A stretch of 61,156 nucleotides of DNA, taken from the NCBI RefSeq assembly GCF_001447785.1, contig NW_015169920.1, forward strand, positions 1 to 61,156, given 5' to 3'. Origin of the DNA: Gekko japonicus. Its lineage: Eukaryota. Positions 48,680 to 61,032 of this stretch are shown piece after piece. The translations under genes and the position numbers were made by a program. Position 1 is the stretch's first letter. Every line of letters begins with the position of its first letter. The notes below the pieces were generated by a model that was given only the letters and a program-made list of their open reading frames with translations, made no database searches and was not told where the DNA came from.

Positions 48680-50045
48680 ATAGGAATATAAGAAGAGCCC
48701 TGTTGGATCAGACCAATGAGCCATCTAGGCCGGCATGCTGTCTCACACAGTGGCCAACCAGTTCCTCTGGAGGGCCAGTAACAGGGCATAGAGGCCGAGG
48801 CCTTCCACTGATGTTGCCTCCTGATTCTGGGATTCAGAGGTTCCCCTCAGTCACCATGGCTAGTAGCCATTGATAGACTTATTCTCCATGACTGTATCGA
48901 ATCCCCTTTTAAAGCTGTTTATTCCTGTGGCATCAGTACATCCTCTGGCAGCAAATTCCACATTTTAATCACTCTCTGTGTAAAGTAGTATTTCCTTTTG
49001 TCCATCGTTAACCTCCTGCCCATCAGCTTCATTGGACTCCTCAAATTCTAGTATTTTGGGAGAGGGCAAAAAATTTCTTTGTCAACTTTCTCCACCCCAT
49101 ATATAATTTTATAAGCCTCTCTATCATGTCCTTCCTTAATCGTCTCTTTTCTGAGTTGAAAAGTCTCAGACTCTTCAGCCTTTCCTCATAAGGAAGGTAC
49201 TCCAACCAGTTATCTGTGTTGCCCTCTTCTGTACTTTTTCCAGCTCTGCAGTGTCCTTTAGGAGATACGGTGACCAGAACTGTACACAGTATTCAAAATG
49301 AGGCTGCACCATAGATTTATACGGGGCATTACAATATTGTCTGTTTTATTTTCGGTCCCTTTCCTAATAATGCCTAGCATCAAGTTTGCCTTTTTCATCG
49401 CTGCAGCACACTGGGTTGACACTTCCATTGAGCTATCCACTATGATTCCAAAAGCTTTTTCCTTCTCTGTCTCAGCGAGTTCAGACCCCAGTAGCCTATA
49501 CTTGGAGTTGGGATTTTTTGTCCCAATATGTATCACCTTATACTTACCAACATTGAACTTCATGTGCCACATAGTCACCCACTCACCCAGTTTGTGGAGG
49601 TCCTCTTGGAGCTCTTCACAGTCAGCCTTGGTTTTTACCATCCTGCAAACGTGGCTCACCCATAGTTACTTCCAGATGGTTTATAAATAAATTAGATGGT
49701 GCCTACCCCAATACCGATCCTGGTGGGACCTAGCTGCTTCTTTCCATTGCGAGAACTGTCCATTTATTCCTACTCTTTGTTTCCTGTGATTTAACTGGTT
49801 TTTAATCCGTAAGAGAATCTGCCCTCTTATCCCACAACTGTTAAATATACTCAGGAGTCTTTGGTGAAGTGCCTTGTCAAAAGCCTTTTGAAAGTCCAGG
49901 TATATACTGTCTACCGGGTCACCGTTGTCTACATGCTTGTTCACTTTCTCAAAGAACTCCAAAAGGTTGGCGAGGCCAGACTTCCCTTTGCAGAAGCCAT
50001 GCTGATTTCCCCTCGGCAGGCTTTGTTCCCCTATGTGCCTAACAA
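48680..50045 (-). mobile_element. CR1 LINE 3' portion (degraded RT)
   Basis: VDSIYLDFQKAFDK...WHMKFNVGKYKVIHIG; CR1-type 3'UTR. Confidence 0.92.
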
Positions 50046-50708
50046 TTCTATCTATACCAACCCACCCCAGTGAACAGTTGTGTCTTCATTCTTTCTCATG
50101 CTGTGTTAGCCAATAATGGGAAAAGCTACCACTTTTTTTCGGTACAGATGCCTTTAATTTCAACAGACACAGCTGTTCCTGGCACAGACATTGAGGAATG
50201 GAAAATCTGCTCCTGTTGACCTTTAGCCTGTTGCATTTTGCCAGGAAAACTCTCAGAATTTATTGTGGCCCTGGCTGCTACCCAATCATCCTCCATCTTA
50301 CATTAGTCCTCTAAGTTTAACATGCTTTCCCCACCTTTTTAAAAACGTTGTTTTTCAGGTTTGAAGGTAGTAAATACATGGTGAACAAGGGTGCCTTTGA
50401 CTGTGCAGACCACTTTTCTCCCACCCTCAGATAAATTATAACTGACTGATGCACATCTAGGATTAGAGAGAAGGGTTTCTGAATGCTCAGTATGCATTTT
50501 ACACTCCAGAACAGCCAAGTTGCTATTCCCAGCATTATATTTTGACTTAATATGCCTAAAAGGGAGGGGCTGTGCTTCAGTGGTAGAGCATCTGCTTGGT
50601 ATGCAGAAGGTCCCAGGTTTGAATCCCGGCATCTCCAGAGAAAAGATTTGGCTGTAGGTGATGTGAAAGACTTGTGCCTGAGTCCTTGGAGAGCTGCTGC
50701 CAGTCTGA

Positions 50709-51070
50709 GGCCCCAAGCACACAGGCCGGATATCGCGGGGGGCGTGGCTAATTGCCCCAGCGCAGTTTGATGCGTGATTACGCGATCAGACGGGCCGGCG
50801 GCACACCACGGGTCCTCCCCTCGGCACCGGCGGGTAAACGAGGGACCGGAGGGGCATGCTGCGCGCTGGCGCGATCACACCACGGGTGTCTGGAGGCAGC
50901 CCGTGGCAAACGTTTACTAGTACCTTGGAGGTACTAGTTTTTTAAGGCGCATTGTCGGCGGTAAGCCACCGGTGCGCTCCACTTCCCAGATGTTTGGGTG
51001 TGAGCGCACCCAGATAATCCGCCCACCATCCGTGCCTCTCCCACGGCAACTTTGCCGTGTGACCGGGGCC
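50709..51070. mobile_element. Harbinger-like MITE inserted in a tRNA-SINE
   Basis: GGCCCC...GGGGCC termini, TSD TGA; the host SINE sequence resumes exactly after it. Confidence 0.82.
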
Positions 51071-51149
51071 TGAGTAGACAACACTGACTTTGATGGACCA
51101 GTGGTCTGATTCAGTATAAGGCAGCTTCATGTGATTTCATGTGAAAGAG

Positions 51150-51317
51150 CCAAGTTCGAGTCCAGTGACCCCTTAATGATCAACAAGATTTCCAGGGTAT
51201 AATCTTTCAGGAGTCAAATCTCCTTTCGTCAGATGCTGTCTGACAACAGGAGCTTTGACTCTCAAAAGCTTATCTCCCCCCCCCCCAAAGTCTTGTTGGT
51301 CACTAAGGGGCGACTGG
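51150..51317. mobile_element. Penelope-derived inverted repeat carrying two hammerhead-ribozyme motifs
   Basis: Minus strand 51195-51236 reads GCAT-CTGACGA-A-AGGAG-ATTTGA-CTCCT-GAAA-GA-TT-ATACC. Related remnants ~24260-24820, 25700-25786, 43250-43358, 46700-46825. Confidence 0.72.
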
Positions 51318-52242
51318 NNNNNNNNNNNNNNNNNNNNNNNNNNNNNNNNNNNNNNNNNNNNNNNNNNNNNNNNNNNNNNNNNNNNNNNNNNNNNNNNNNN
51401 NNNNNNNNNNNNNNNNNNNNNNNNNNNNNNNNNNNNNNNNNNNNNNNNNNNNNNNNNNNNNNNNNNNNNNNNNNNNNNNNNNNNNNNNNNNNNNNNNNNN
51501 NNNNNNNNNNNNNNNNNNNNNNNNNNNNNNNNNNNNNNNNNNNNNNNNNNNNNNNNNNNNNNNNNNNNNNNNNNNNNNNNNNNNNNNNNNNNNNNNNNNN
51601 NNNNNNNNNNNNNNNNNNNNNNNNNNNNNNNNNNNNNNNNNNNNNNNNNNNNNNNNNNNNNNNNNNNNNNNNNNNNNNNNNNNNNNNNNNNNNNNNNNNN
51701 NNNNNNNNNNNNNNNNNNNNNNNNNNNNNNNNNNNNNNNNNNNNNNNNNNNNNNNNNNNNNNNNNNNNNNNNNNNNNNNNNNNNNNNNNNNNNNNNNNNN
51801 NNNNNNNNNNNNNAGAGCAAACTAATTTAGGCAGCAGCCAAATCGCTCACTCGCTCACCACTTTAACGCCGGTAGTTCACAAAGTAGAATTTTTGCTCAC
51901 GAGACTTAGAGCTTAGAGGGAACATTGGTTAGGGCTCTATTATGGCTGCAGTCACACGGAGCATTAGCCACGACGATCCTGCAGCATGTTCCCTCTAAGC
52001 TGTGGAGTCTTGTGAGCAAAAATTCTACTAAAATTCTTCTAAGTTGTGAGTGAGCGATTTAGCTACTGCATTAATTAGTTTGCTCCGGAGCCCTCCTTCC
52101 TGAGCTAAGACAAAAAGGTGTGAGCCGGAGGCTAACAAACTGTGAGCTAGCTCACACTAACTCAGCTTAGAGGGAACACTCCCCCCCCCCGCTTTGCTTC
52201 TTAGCCATTATGCCTCTGTTTTCATGTCTCTTTCCTCCTCAG

Positions 52243-52396
52243 GGCATGGCGACTGTCATTCCCAAGGTCACCCAAGTGGATAATTCCTCCGATTTCTTGG
52301 GCAACGTTCCTCACCGCAAGCACCCCGGGATTGTCCACCTCAAAGCGGTTACGCTTCCACCTGAGTTAATAGAGTCTGCTCGCTTTCTGGTGGCCG
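52243..52396 (+). CDS. METTL17: METTL17 coding exon 2
   Basis: GMATVIPKVTQVDNSSDFLGNVPHRKHPGIVHLKAVTLP matches human [25 protein letters not shown]; tttcctcctcAG acceptor and G|GTGAGT donor. Confidence 0.95.
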
Positions 52397-53552
52397 GTGA
52401 GTAAAATCCAGAGTGGGGGACGGGGGAAATGAGATGGATGAGGGCCTTTCTGGGGGTCTTTTGGGACACAGGACTGTTAAATGAGCCCAACTGAATTTTT
52501 CGTGGCATCCAGAACGACCGTTCTGTATCCTTTTTAGCTGGTCCTCTGAGTGGCTTTGGGCAAGGCGTGTGGGTTCCGTGTGCCCCCCGTCGTCGTGGAG
52601 AACGGCAGTCTCAGTGCCTTTTTGCTCAGAAGTACTGGGAAGCTATCGGAATAGTTGAATCCTCCATCAGTGTTCCAAAATCTCTTCTTCCTTAAAAGGA
52701 AAAAAAGAGAATGGCAGTATGTGTCTGCTTCTAAAATGAAGCCATGCTCTGCTTGGTGTAGGAGAGCCAGTTTGGTGTGGTGGTTGAGTGCGCGGAGTCT
52801 AATCTGGGAGAACCGGGTTTGATTCCCCACTCCTCCACTTGCACCTGGCTGGATGACCTTGGGCGAGCCGTAGCTCTGATAGGAGCTGTCCTTGAAAAAG
52901 AGCCATTTCTGTCAAGAGCTCCCTCAGCCCTGCCTACCTCACAGGCAATGTTCCCTCTAAGCTGTGGATCCTTCGATGTTCCTTCGAACCTGAGTCTCCC
53001 AAACCCTAGTCTTGCACTCTAACCACTGCACCGTGTCGGCCCTCGTTATGTTTGACTTAATTCATGCATCAAGCCTTGCATTTTCCAGGAACTTGTTCCC
53101 AGTTGTATTTTAAAAGTGAATGTGCACCGGCTCTTTCTTTCTCACACACTAGTGGAACGTGTGTGTATGTTCATTTTAACGTACATGCAAGGATTTAGTC
53201 TGACTCTTAACTGCTCACCCGCACAGGCTCTCAGTCGCATTGCCATCTATTATTTATGTAGTACATTTTTATCCCATTGTTTCTCCAAGGAGCTCAGGGT
53301 TGTGGGTATTCTCCCCCCCCCTTCTGTTTCATCCTCCTAACTGCCCCGTGTTGCAGATTAGGATGTATGTGTAGCTAGTCCAAGGTCATCCAGGGAGCTC
53401 CGTGGAAAAGTGGAGGTTCGATCTTGAATCTCCCAGGTCCTAGCCTGGCACTAACCCCAGAGGCTCCGTTGTCACTGCTCCCTGGGTAGGTAGCCCCAAC
53501 CCCAGACACTCCTGTGATGCTGCCTTTGTCCCGTCAGAGCCTTCTCCAGATA

Positions 53553-53967
53553 ACATAACATAAGAACATAAGAGACGCCCATGTTGGATCAGGCCAATGG
53601 CCCATCCAGTCCAACACTCTGTGTCACACAGCGGCCAGAAATACCAGGTGCCGTCAGGAGGTCCAACAGTGGGGCCAGGACATTAGAAGCCCTCCCACTG
53701 TTGACCCCCCCCCCCAGCACCAAGAAGACAGAGCATCACTTGCCCCAGAGTCTCTATCTATACCTTGTGGCCAATAGCCACTGATGGACCTCTGCTCCAT
53801 ATGCTTATCCAATTCCCTTTTGAAGCCGTCCATGCTTGTAGCACCCACCACTTCCTGAGGCAGTGAATTCCAAGTGTTAATCACTCTTTGGGTGAAGAAG
53901 TACTTCCTTTTATCCGTTCTAACCCGACCGCTCAGCAATTCCATGGAGTGCCCACGACTTCTTGTAT
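53553..53967 (-). mobile_element. CR1 LINE 3' end
   Basis: RTDKRKYFFTQRVINTWNSLP and (TTCTTATG)n tail; related copies 38716-39035 and 9424-9930. Confidence 0.9.
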
Positions 53968-55184
53968 TGCCCACGAGATCCCACTCCTGCCATTCCCACT
54001 GCCTTAAATGTCAGAAGCCTAAAAACACAGAACTGCATTTTGTTAAAGCACTCATCTCGCTCCAGCGGTTGCCCACCGGTTGTCTGGGTGGCGGCGGCGG
54101 CTGCTGGCTGCTGTCCCTGTGGCTCTTCTGAGTAGGGCTGCCAGTTGCCCACTTCTGCCTGCTGAGGGGCCCTTGGCTTTCCAGTGGGAGAAAGGTCCAG
54201 GGGTGGCAGTTACATTGCACCATACCACATCCAGCTGAAAACAAGACCATGGGAATTTTGTGGGGGATGCCCAGAACTTTGCTGGATTCTCTTAGGGCAC
54301 GTCTGGGTTGTTGGCCAGATGTCTATCCCAGAAACATTCTGCGGGATAGAACGGCTGCCACAGATGGACTCTCTTCTACTCTGTGCCCTGTTTGTTGGCC
54401 TTGCAGGACACTATGAGAGACAGGATGCTGGGCCTGATGGGCCGCCGGTCTGATCCAGCAGGGATCTTCTTCACTGAAGCCACGCAACAATTGCTGGCCC
54501 CCATCTAAGTCGCAACACAGTCATGGCGGTATGGGAAGCTACTGTGTTGTCGTGGTTAGAGAGTACCGGACTGTCAGTCGAGAGATCACTCTCAAGTTGC
54601 TTCTCTGCTATGGAGCTCAGTGGATGACCGTGGGCTGTCTGTTCTCTCGAGGTCTAATTTAACCTCAGGAGGCTTTTGGGAGGAAGAGATGGGCCACGTA
54701 TGCCGCCTTGAGCTCGTTTGGAAGGGCAGGGTGAGCTAAGAGAGTGTGAGGGTCTGGGTGGTAGGCAGGGGGGGAGCAAAGGTGAACACAGGAACCATGC
54801 TGGATCAGACCGAAGGCCCGTCTAGTTCAGCATTCTGCTCATGCAGTGGCTGACCAGTTGCCTCTGGGAAGCTCACAAGCAGGATGACGGCAGCTGCTAC
54901 TTTCCCCAGTTGTTCTGTTGTCCTGGCTTTGGCTGCTAGCTGCTAACTGGAAGTGGCCTCATTCTATCCCATTCTCTGTAGAATGGCTGGGCTCTGGAGT
55001 CGGGGTGGGGATGGGTGTGTGTGGCTCAGTGGTAGAGCACTTGCTTTGCATCCAGAAGGTCCCAAGTTTGAGCCTTGGCGTCTCCGGTTTTTATAAAACA
55101 ATCAGTTAGTAGGTGATTTGAAAGATCTTTTCATGAGACCCTAGAGAGCTGCTGCTAGTCAAAGAAGGCAGGACTGGCCTTGAC

Positions 55185-55715
55185 TAGAGATGTGAAGGCC
55201 CGGAAAAAAACCCAGAAAAATTCAGTAAAAAAACAGTTTTTTCCCGTTTTTTTCCTGAAGCCTTTTTTGTTTTTCCCCAAAAATTGGAAACATTGAAAAA
55301 AGAAAAGGAAAGGAAAAAAAATTGATTATGGAACGTTTTATTTTAACATGATGAATAAAATATTTTAAGACAAGGTGTTCAAATATTTTCCAAATCATTT
55401 CTAAAATATATATATATGGTATCAGATTGATCTAATTTCTGTGTACTGAGGACAAGCAAGTCCTAGGTTACAAACTGAACTCTCCAATGCAAGAACAAGA
55501 TGCATTTCTTCCTTTAGGAGGTGCGATTGTCAGAAGAAAATAAAAAAGTTTCAGTTTTGTTTTTGCATGTGGATGGGTATTCTGTTTGTAATAATTGTTT
55601 GGACACACTATATTTTTAATATGCNNNNNNNNNNNNNNNNNNNNNNNNNNNNNNNNNNNNNNNNNNNNNNNNNNNNNNNNNNNNNNNNNNNNNNNNNGGA
55701 AATTTTACATCTCTA
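55185..55715. mobile_element. Non-autonomous hAT (Ac-like TIR TAGAGATGT), AT-rich
   Basis: Perfect 8-bp TSD gccttgac; inserted into a tRNA-SINE. Confidence 0.88.
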
Positions 55716-56398
55716 GCCTTGACAGACAGACACATAATGCCAGTTAACGTAACGTATATTTATTCAACGAGGTCAAGGAAAGAAGCCTTCTTCTGTGTCC
55801 CCTTCCGCCTCTGGTTGTGAGAAGGGGGGAGACAAGTGGCAGGTCACAGTGTGCACGTATTCGTCCCCTCTTGACTTCCCCTCTTTCTGTTCCGTCTCTC
55901 GTTCTATCGAAATTGACATTAGTACTTGTGGGTTCTTCGGGGCTGTATGGCCGTGGTCTTGGCATTGTAGTACCTGACGTTTTGCCAGCAGCTGTGACTG
56001 GAATCCTCAGAGATATAACACAGAAAGATGGCGTACTCTCTGTGTCCATGTGAAAAGAAGAATGGTAGGTGGGTAATTTATAGCTACTCAGGAAGGTGGG
56101 GTAGGGCTGAGTCATTACCTTGTAGGAGTTCCCCAGGCTTTTGCATGCTAATGGAGGAGCTTTCCTGTGGAGGTTCTTTTGCATATGGCTTGACTGTTGA
56201 AACTCTGATCTTACCTGCAGTGCTGTTGTGAGATGTGGAGCATTTTGTGTTTTTCACAAATCGACATTGTCAGCTCCTTGGAGCAGAGACCCGTCCTCCT
56301 TCGCTTGGTCTTTGGCACGACGCTTTAGAGCCGGAAGTACTTTAGACCACCGAAGAGGGGTGCTGTGGAGCTTTCTTAACACGTCTCCCTTCCCGCAG

Positions 56399-56545
56399 AC
56401 TCATCCATGCGCAATGTAAAAGAACAGGTCAAGGCCCTCACCAATTACTTGTGGAGCCGCAAGCGTCCCATCGAGGAAACAGAGTTGCTCAGGAAGGCCC
56501 AATACTTGGAGCAAAAGCTGCGAGGGGAGGTGGGCCCTCCAAAAG
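56399..56545 (+). CDS. METTL17: METTL17 coding exon 3
   Basis: [40 protein letters not shown] matches human QVQTLTSYLWSRHLPVE; phase 1/1; cccgcAG acceptor and G|GTGAGT donor. Confidence 0.93.
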
Positions 56546-57319
56546 GTGAGTGAGGGTTTAGAGCTGATGGGGCGGGGTAGTGATTTGAATGAAGAGTCCG
56601 GGGGAAAGTCCTAGGAGCACTCAGCAGGGTCCACGTAAGTTGTGGTCTTCTGGATTTGTGGAGTACATTTGAAGTGAACTTTCTGGAAGGACAGGGTCAT
56701 TCTCGAAGCTTTCACCCAACTGGGAGGCTCTTATAAATGAGGAATAGACTCAGAAATGGTGAGCTAGAACTTCTAGTCCAGGGCAAGGGGAGGGAAGGAT
56801 CCGGCCCTTTGAATGGACCAGGGGAAAGGAAGGCTTTCTCTCCTGGCTTGTGCTGCTGCATGGTCCGGATTGCGAGTCCGTGTGTGCTCCTCCCCATCAC
56901 TCTCCCACCAGCCAGAGGAAGGGGCAGCTTGATGACCCCAAACAATGGTATGAGTCAGGTGTTCCTTCGAAGCTGAGTGAGTGTGAGCTAGCTCATAGGT
57001 TTTTTAGCCTCCTCCGGCTCACACATATTTGTCTCGGCTCAGGAAGGGACGGCTCCAGAGCAAACTAAGTTATGCAGTAGCCAAATCGGTCCCTCATGAC
57101 TTTAATGCCAGCAGCTCACGAAGGAGAATTTTTGCTCACAGGACTCCACAGCTTAGAGGGGGCATTGGCATGATTGCCAAAGGCATCTGTAGTTGGTGAA
57201 CTCTTGGCTGTGGGTTGTGGTAAGTGGAAGGTCCGGGCGGGGGAGGGGGGGATATGTGTCACTTTAATCACTAGTCACCCTGACACTAACGTCATGTAGT
57301 GGGATAAGAGTGGCATATA

Positions 57320-57323
<4 letters not shown>

Positions 57324-57367
<44 letters not shown>
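57324..57367. repeat. (CT)n microsatellite at the METTL17 exon 4 acceptor
   Basis: Perfect dinucleotide run ending a few nt before the AG at 57372-57373. Confidence 0.95.
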
Positions 57368-57371
<4 letters not shown>

Positions 57372-57373
57372 AG

Positions 57374-57470
57374 ATCTCTTGAGTGAACTGGATCAGGCAA
57401 AAGAGAAAAAAATGGCAAAAGAAGTCCTCACCACTCTCCGTAAGACGACTTACCACTGGGTGGCGCTTAA
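57374..57470 (+). CDS. METTL17: METTL17 coding exon 4
   Basis: LLSELDQAKEKKMAKEVLTTLRKTTYHWVAL (human LRKTTYHW); phase 1/2; AA|GTGAGT donor. Confidence 0.94.
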
Positions 57471-58016
57471 GTGAGTATCCATGGCAGCCCTTCCAGAACT
57501 CACGGGCTTGATTCCTGGAGAAGATTTGGGCCAAATAGAACATGCCCCTGTTATGACGTTGGGGCTAAGAAAATGGCCGGGATCCTGGGGCGTCTCTGGT
57601 TCAGCCCTCGCTTCTGCTATGAACTGGTTGTGAGACACAAGGCAGGCCGCTCTCTCCCTCTTTTCTGCCCCGCCCCGACTGTGCAGTACAGGGATCGTGC
57701 TAGCCTACCTTACAAGGCTGTTGTGATAATGTCCTGCAATACTGTGAACACTGAAACTGTCATGTAAATTCCTGGTGCCGTTGTTCTACAGGACACTGAA
57801 TGGAAGGTAGCCTTTTAAAAAGCTTCCTTTTACAAAAAAAAGTCCTGCCCTCTTTCAGTTTTTTGTTATTTATTTATTAAAACATTTATATCCCGCCACT
57901 CCTCGTTGTCCTCCATGCTTGCGTATAAAGGAAAGGGTGGTTTTATTCCAACAGAATATATGCAAGATTGAGCTTAGAATAATCAAACACAGATTTTGTA
58001 TTTGCGCAGTCACCGC

Positions 58017-58345
58017 CAGGGGTCGTTTCGTAGAAAAAGAGCTAGGGGAACTCATTAGCATAACTCATTAGCATATGCCACACCCCCTGATATCACCGGA
58101 GGTGTGTCATAAGGCCACATCCCCTGACATCACCGGAAGTGTGTCATAAGGCCACACACCCCGCCCCCCCAGGCTGGCAGGGGTGGGGAGAGGCAGGGAG
58201 GAGGCAACTTACCCTCCCTCTTCTCCTGCCTCCTGGCTGAATGAGGGCCGGAAGCAGGGGGCGGGGCTTTGTCATGTGCCCCGCCCCCCCGTACCTCACC
58301 CGGGGGAACTGCCATCCCCTGCGATCCCCCCCGAAATGACCTCTG
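58017..58345. mobile_element. hAT MITE family A, variant subfamily
   Basis: 8-bp TSD gtcaccgc; same ends, different interior. Confidence 0.88.
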
Positions 58346-58678
58346 GTCACCGCTATTTTAGCCATCACCAGGTGTATGAGGTTTCCTGTATTTTTTGCCT
58401 GTTGACCTTTTTGGGGGGAAGCAACCTTGGGGACTAGAAACATGTCAAACTGAGATTGCTGGAAGGTTATATCAGTTTGCCAAATAAGTTACTGATACAC
58501 TTGAGGTTGGTTTCCCCGCCCCCATAATGGAGAGTTACAGCTGGAGCACACAATGCTTGTGGTGCACCTTTTACTCAGTCCTCCAGGAGCAGCTTCTTGG
58601 CTTCCCCTCTCTTTGTCATGCTTTCCAGGCCCTGTCAGTAGGACAGTGTAAGGGGAAAAGTCCCCCCTTCTTGACTAG

Positions 58679-59024
58679 TAAAGGTAAAGGTTTTTCTTGC
58701 TCGAAGGCACGTCGAATCCGACTCTAGGGGGCGATGCTCATCTCCATTTCCAAGCCAAAGAACCAGCACTGTCCGAAGACGTTTCCATGGTCATGTGGCC
58801 GGCATGACTAGACGCCAAGGTGCACAGAACACAGTTACCTTCCCACCGAAGCGGTACCTATTTATCTACTTGCAATTTCTTGCTTTCGAACTGCTAGGTC
58901 GGCAGGAGCTGGGGCAACAGACAGGAGCTTACTCTGTCACATGGCACTCAGGTCTCGAACTGCCGAATGACAGACCTTCCGGTCTGCAGCTCAGCGCCTT
59001 AACCTCTGCGCCACCACGGCCCCC
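58679..59024 (-). mobile_element. Sauria SINE in METTL17 intron 4
   Basis: Same family; TSD cttgactag (58670-58678 / 59027-59035). Confidence 0.9.
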
Positions 59025-59061
59025 TCCTTGACTAGCTGTGTCTTTTTTTCCTCCTCCCTAG

Positions 59062-59143
59062 TTACACCGAACAGCTCAGCTTTTTGTATATGGCAGCCCG
59101 GATGGATGGGATGTATGCAGCTGTGTCCCGAGCTTTCCACGAG
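59062..59143 (+). CDS. METTL17: METTL17 coding exon 5
   Basis: [27 protein letters not shown] (human [27 protein letters not shown]); GAG|GTGAGT donor. Confidence 0.97.
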
Positions 59144-59224
59144 GTGAGTTGCTGCTTCAGCTTTTGGAGGCGTCGGTGGATTAGGAACCCTTTTTTAAGC
59201 AGCCCTAATTCAAAGGGTAGTAGG

Positions 59225-59517
59225 ATGGAGCGTGTAAAACCGGACATGCCATTGGAAGGAAAAATCACAAAACTACGACTGACTTATTTTGGCCACGTCA
59301 CGCAGAACTCACTAGAAAAAGCGGTTCTGCTTGGATTGGTTAGCGGCAAAAGGAAACCAGGCCGCCAAAGAACACGGTGACTGGACACCATACAAGTCGA
59401 CACCAGCCTGAGCATGGAACGACTCAAAGAAACAGGACAAGGTCAGAAAACGTGGAGAGAGCTGGCCCACAGAATCACCAAGAGTCGAACACGACTGAAT
59501 GGCTAATAACAACAACA
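59225..59517 (+). mobile_element. RTE-clade LINE 3' end (second family)
   Basis: LEGKITKLRLTYFGHV...GKRKPGRQRTR; (CAA)n tail. Confidence 0.82.
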
Positions 59518-59573
59518 GTAGGATGTATCTGCCTCCTTTTGCTATTATTTCAGTGCTGTCTTATGTACACAGG

Positions 59574-59854
59574 GTGTAGTGGTTAAGTGCGTGGACTCTA
59601 ATCTGGGAGAACCGGGTTTGATTCCCCACTCCTCCACTTGCACCTGGCTGGATGACCTTTGGCAAGCCGTAACTCTGGCACAGCTGTTCTTGAAAAAGAG
59701 CAGTTTCTGTCAAGAGTTCTCTCAGCCCCACCTACCTCACTGGGTGTCTATTGTGGGGAGGGGAAGGGAAAGGAGTTCGTAATGCCGCTCTGAGACTCCA
59801 AGTGATGGGCCGGGTATAAATCCAATCTCTTCTTCTTCTTCTTCTTCTTCTTCT
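59574..59854 (+). mobile_element. Squam3-type SINE
   Basis: Full body with (TTC)n tail. Confidence 0.85.
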
Positions 59855-60139
59855 TAAATGCATGGAAGTGTGCGCTCAGAAGGGTGGCTAGTGTGGCATT
59901 TAGACACAGGGTTTCTGGGCTTGTACGACAGCTGAAAGTCGGACTATCTTTGATCTTAGAAGTCACTAACCCTCTGGGCCTCGGCTTCCTCAGTGTAAAA
60001 GTAGATATCGCTCCTCTGTCATGGCTGCATCCAGCTCCAGCCAACTGTCCCCCCCTCCCTAATGCCTGAGCCCCACTGCCCCCAAGAACCCCCTCCCAAA
60101 GGAACGTGGGCGTTCAGCTGTCCTGAATCCTGCTGGTTT

Positions 60140-60505
60140 CTTTGTTGTTGTTGTTCAGTCGCACAGTCGAGTCCGACTCTTTGCGACCCCATGGACCAGA
60201 TCCCGCCAGGCCCTCCTGTCTTCCGTCGTGCTCCGGAGTTTGCTCAACTTCATGTTCGTTGCATCGATGACACTGTCTAACCATCTCATCCTTTGCCGCC
60301 CCCGTCTTCTTTGACCTTCAATCTTTCCCAGCATCAGGGTCTTCTCCAGTGAGGGCTCCCTTCTCATTGGGTGGCCAAAGTATTTGAGCTTCAGTTTCAT
60401 TATCTGGCCTTCCAGGGAACAGTCAGGGTTGATTTCTTTTAGGATTGACTGATTTGATCTCCTTGCAGTCCAAGGGACTCTCAAGAGTCTTCTCCAGCAC
60501 CATAG
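60140..60505 (-). mobile_element. RTE-BovB LINE 3' end
   Basis: RVPWTARRSNQSILKEINP...LKYFGH...HGVAKSRTRL and (CAA)n tail; shorter copy at 47284-47460(+). Confidence 0.93.
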
Positions 60506-61032
60506 TTTCTTTAGGAGCTAGTTTTGTCTGAAAAGCTGTACAAAAGTATAACATGTATTTTATTGTACTGATGGCCCACTGAGAGAACTAAGGTTCAGGA
60601 AGTAAAACTAGACTGTGTCGTCGTTAAAAATAAAGAGGAGGTATTTATCAGGTATTCTGATTTTATGCAGGTTCAAGTGCAGCTGGTTCTTCCACTAGGG
60701 TTGGACTCAGACAAGATTTCCCCCATCAGCAAACTGGAATTTTACTGCCTCTTCTGACCCAGCCCTGCCCACTGATCTCCACGAAATGCTGTTTGGGTGG
60801 TGGGGGGGAGGGATGCAGGACCCTGGGGCACAACATAAAAGGGGAGGGGGAATCTGCAGTAGGAAGGGTTAACGTGTGGAAATCTAGTCTGAATCCAACC
60901 CCTACAGTTTAACCAAGTGGCAACCATAGGAGGCGGTCTGAAATGTTTGACCGTTTCACATTCTCAGCTGTCATAACAACCATCTTGTAAGGTAGGCCAG
61001 CATTTACAGAGCAATTTTTCCTTTTATGTCAG

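Noticed and set aside
55744-56184. 146-aa minus-strand ORF in METTL17 intron 2
   Set aside because: No recognisable domain; the AATAAA and short repeat tail suggest a LINE 3' remnant, but the family cannot be assigned.
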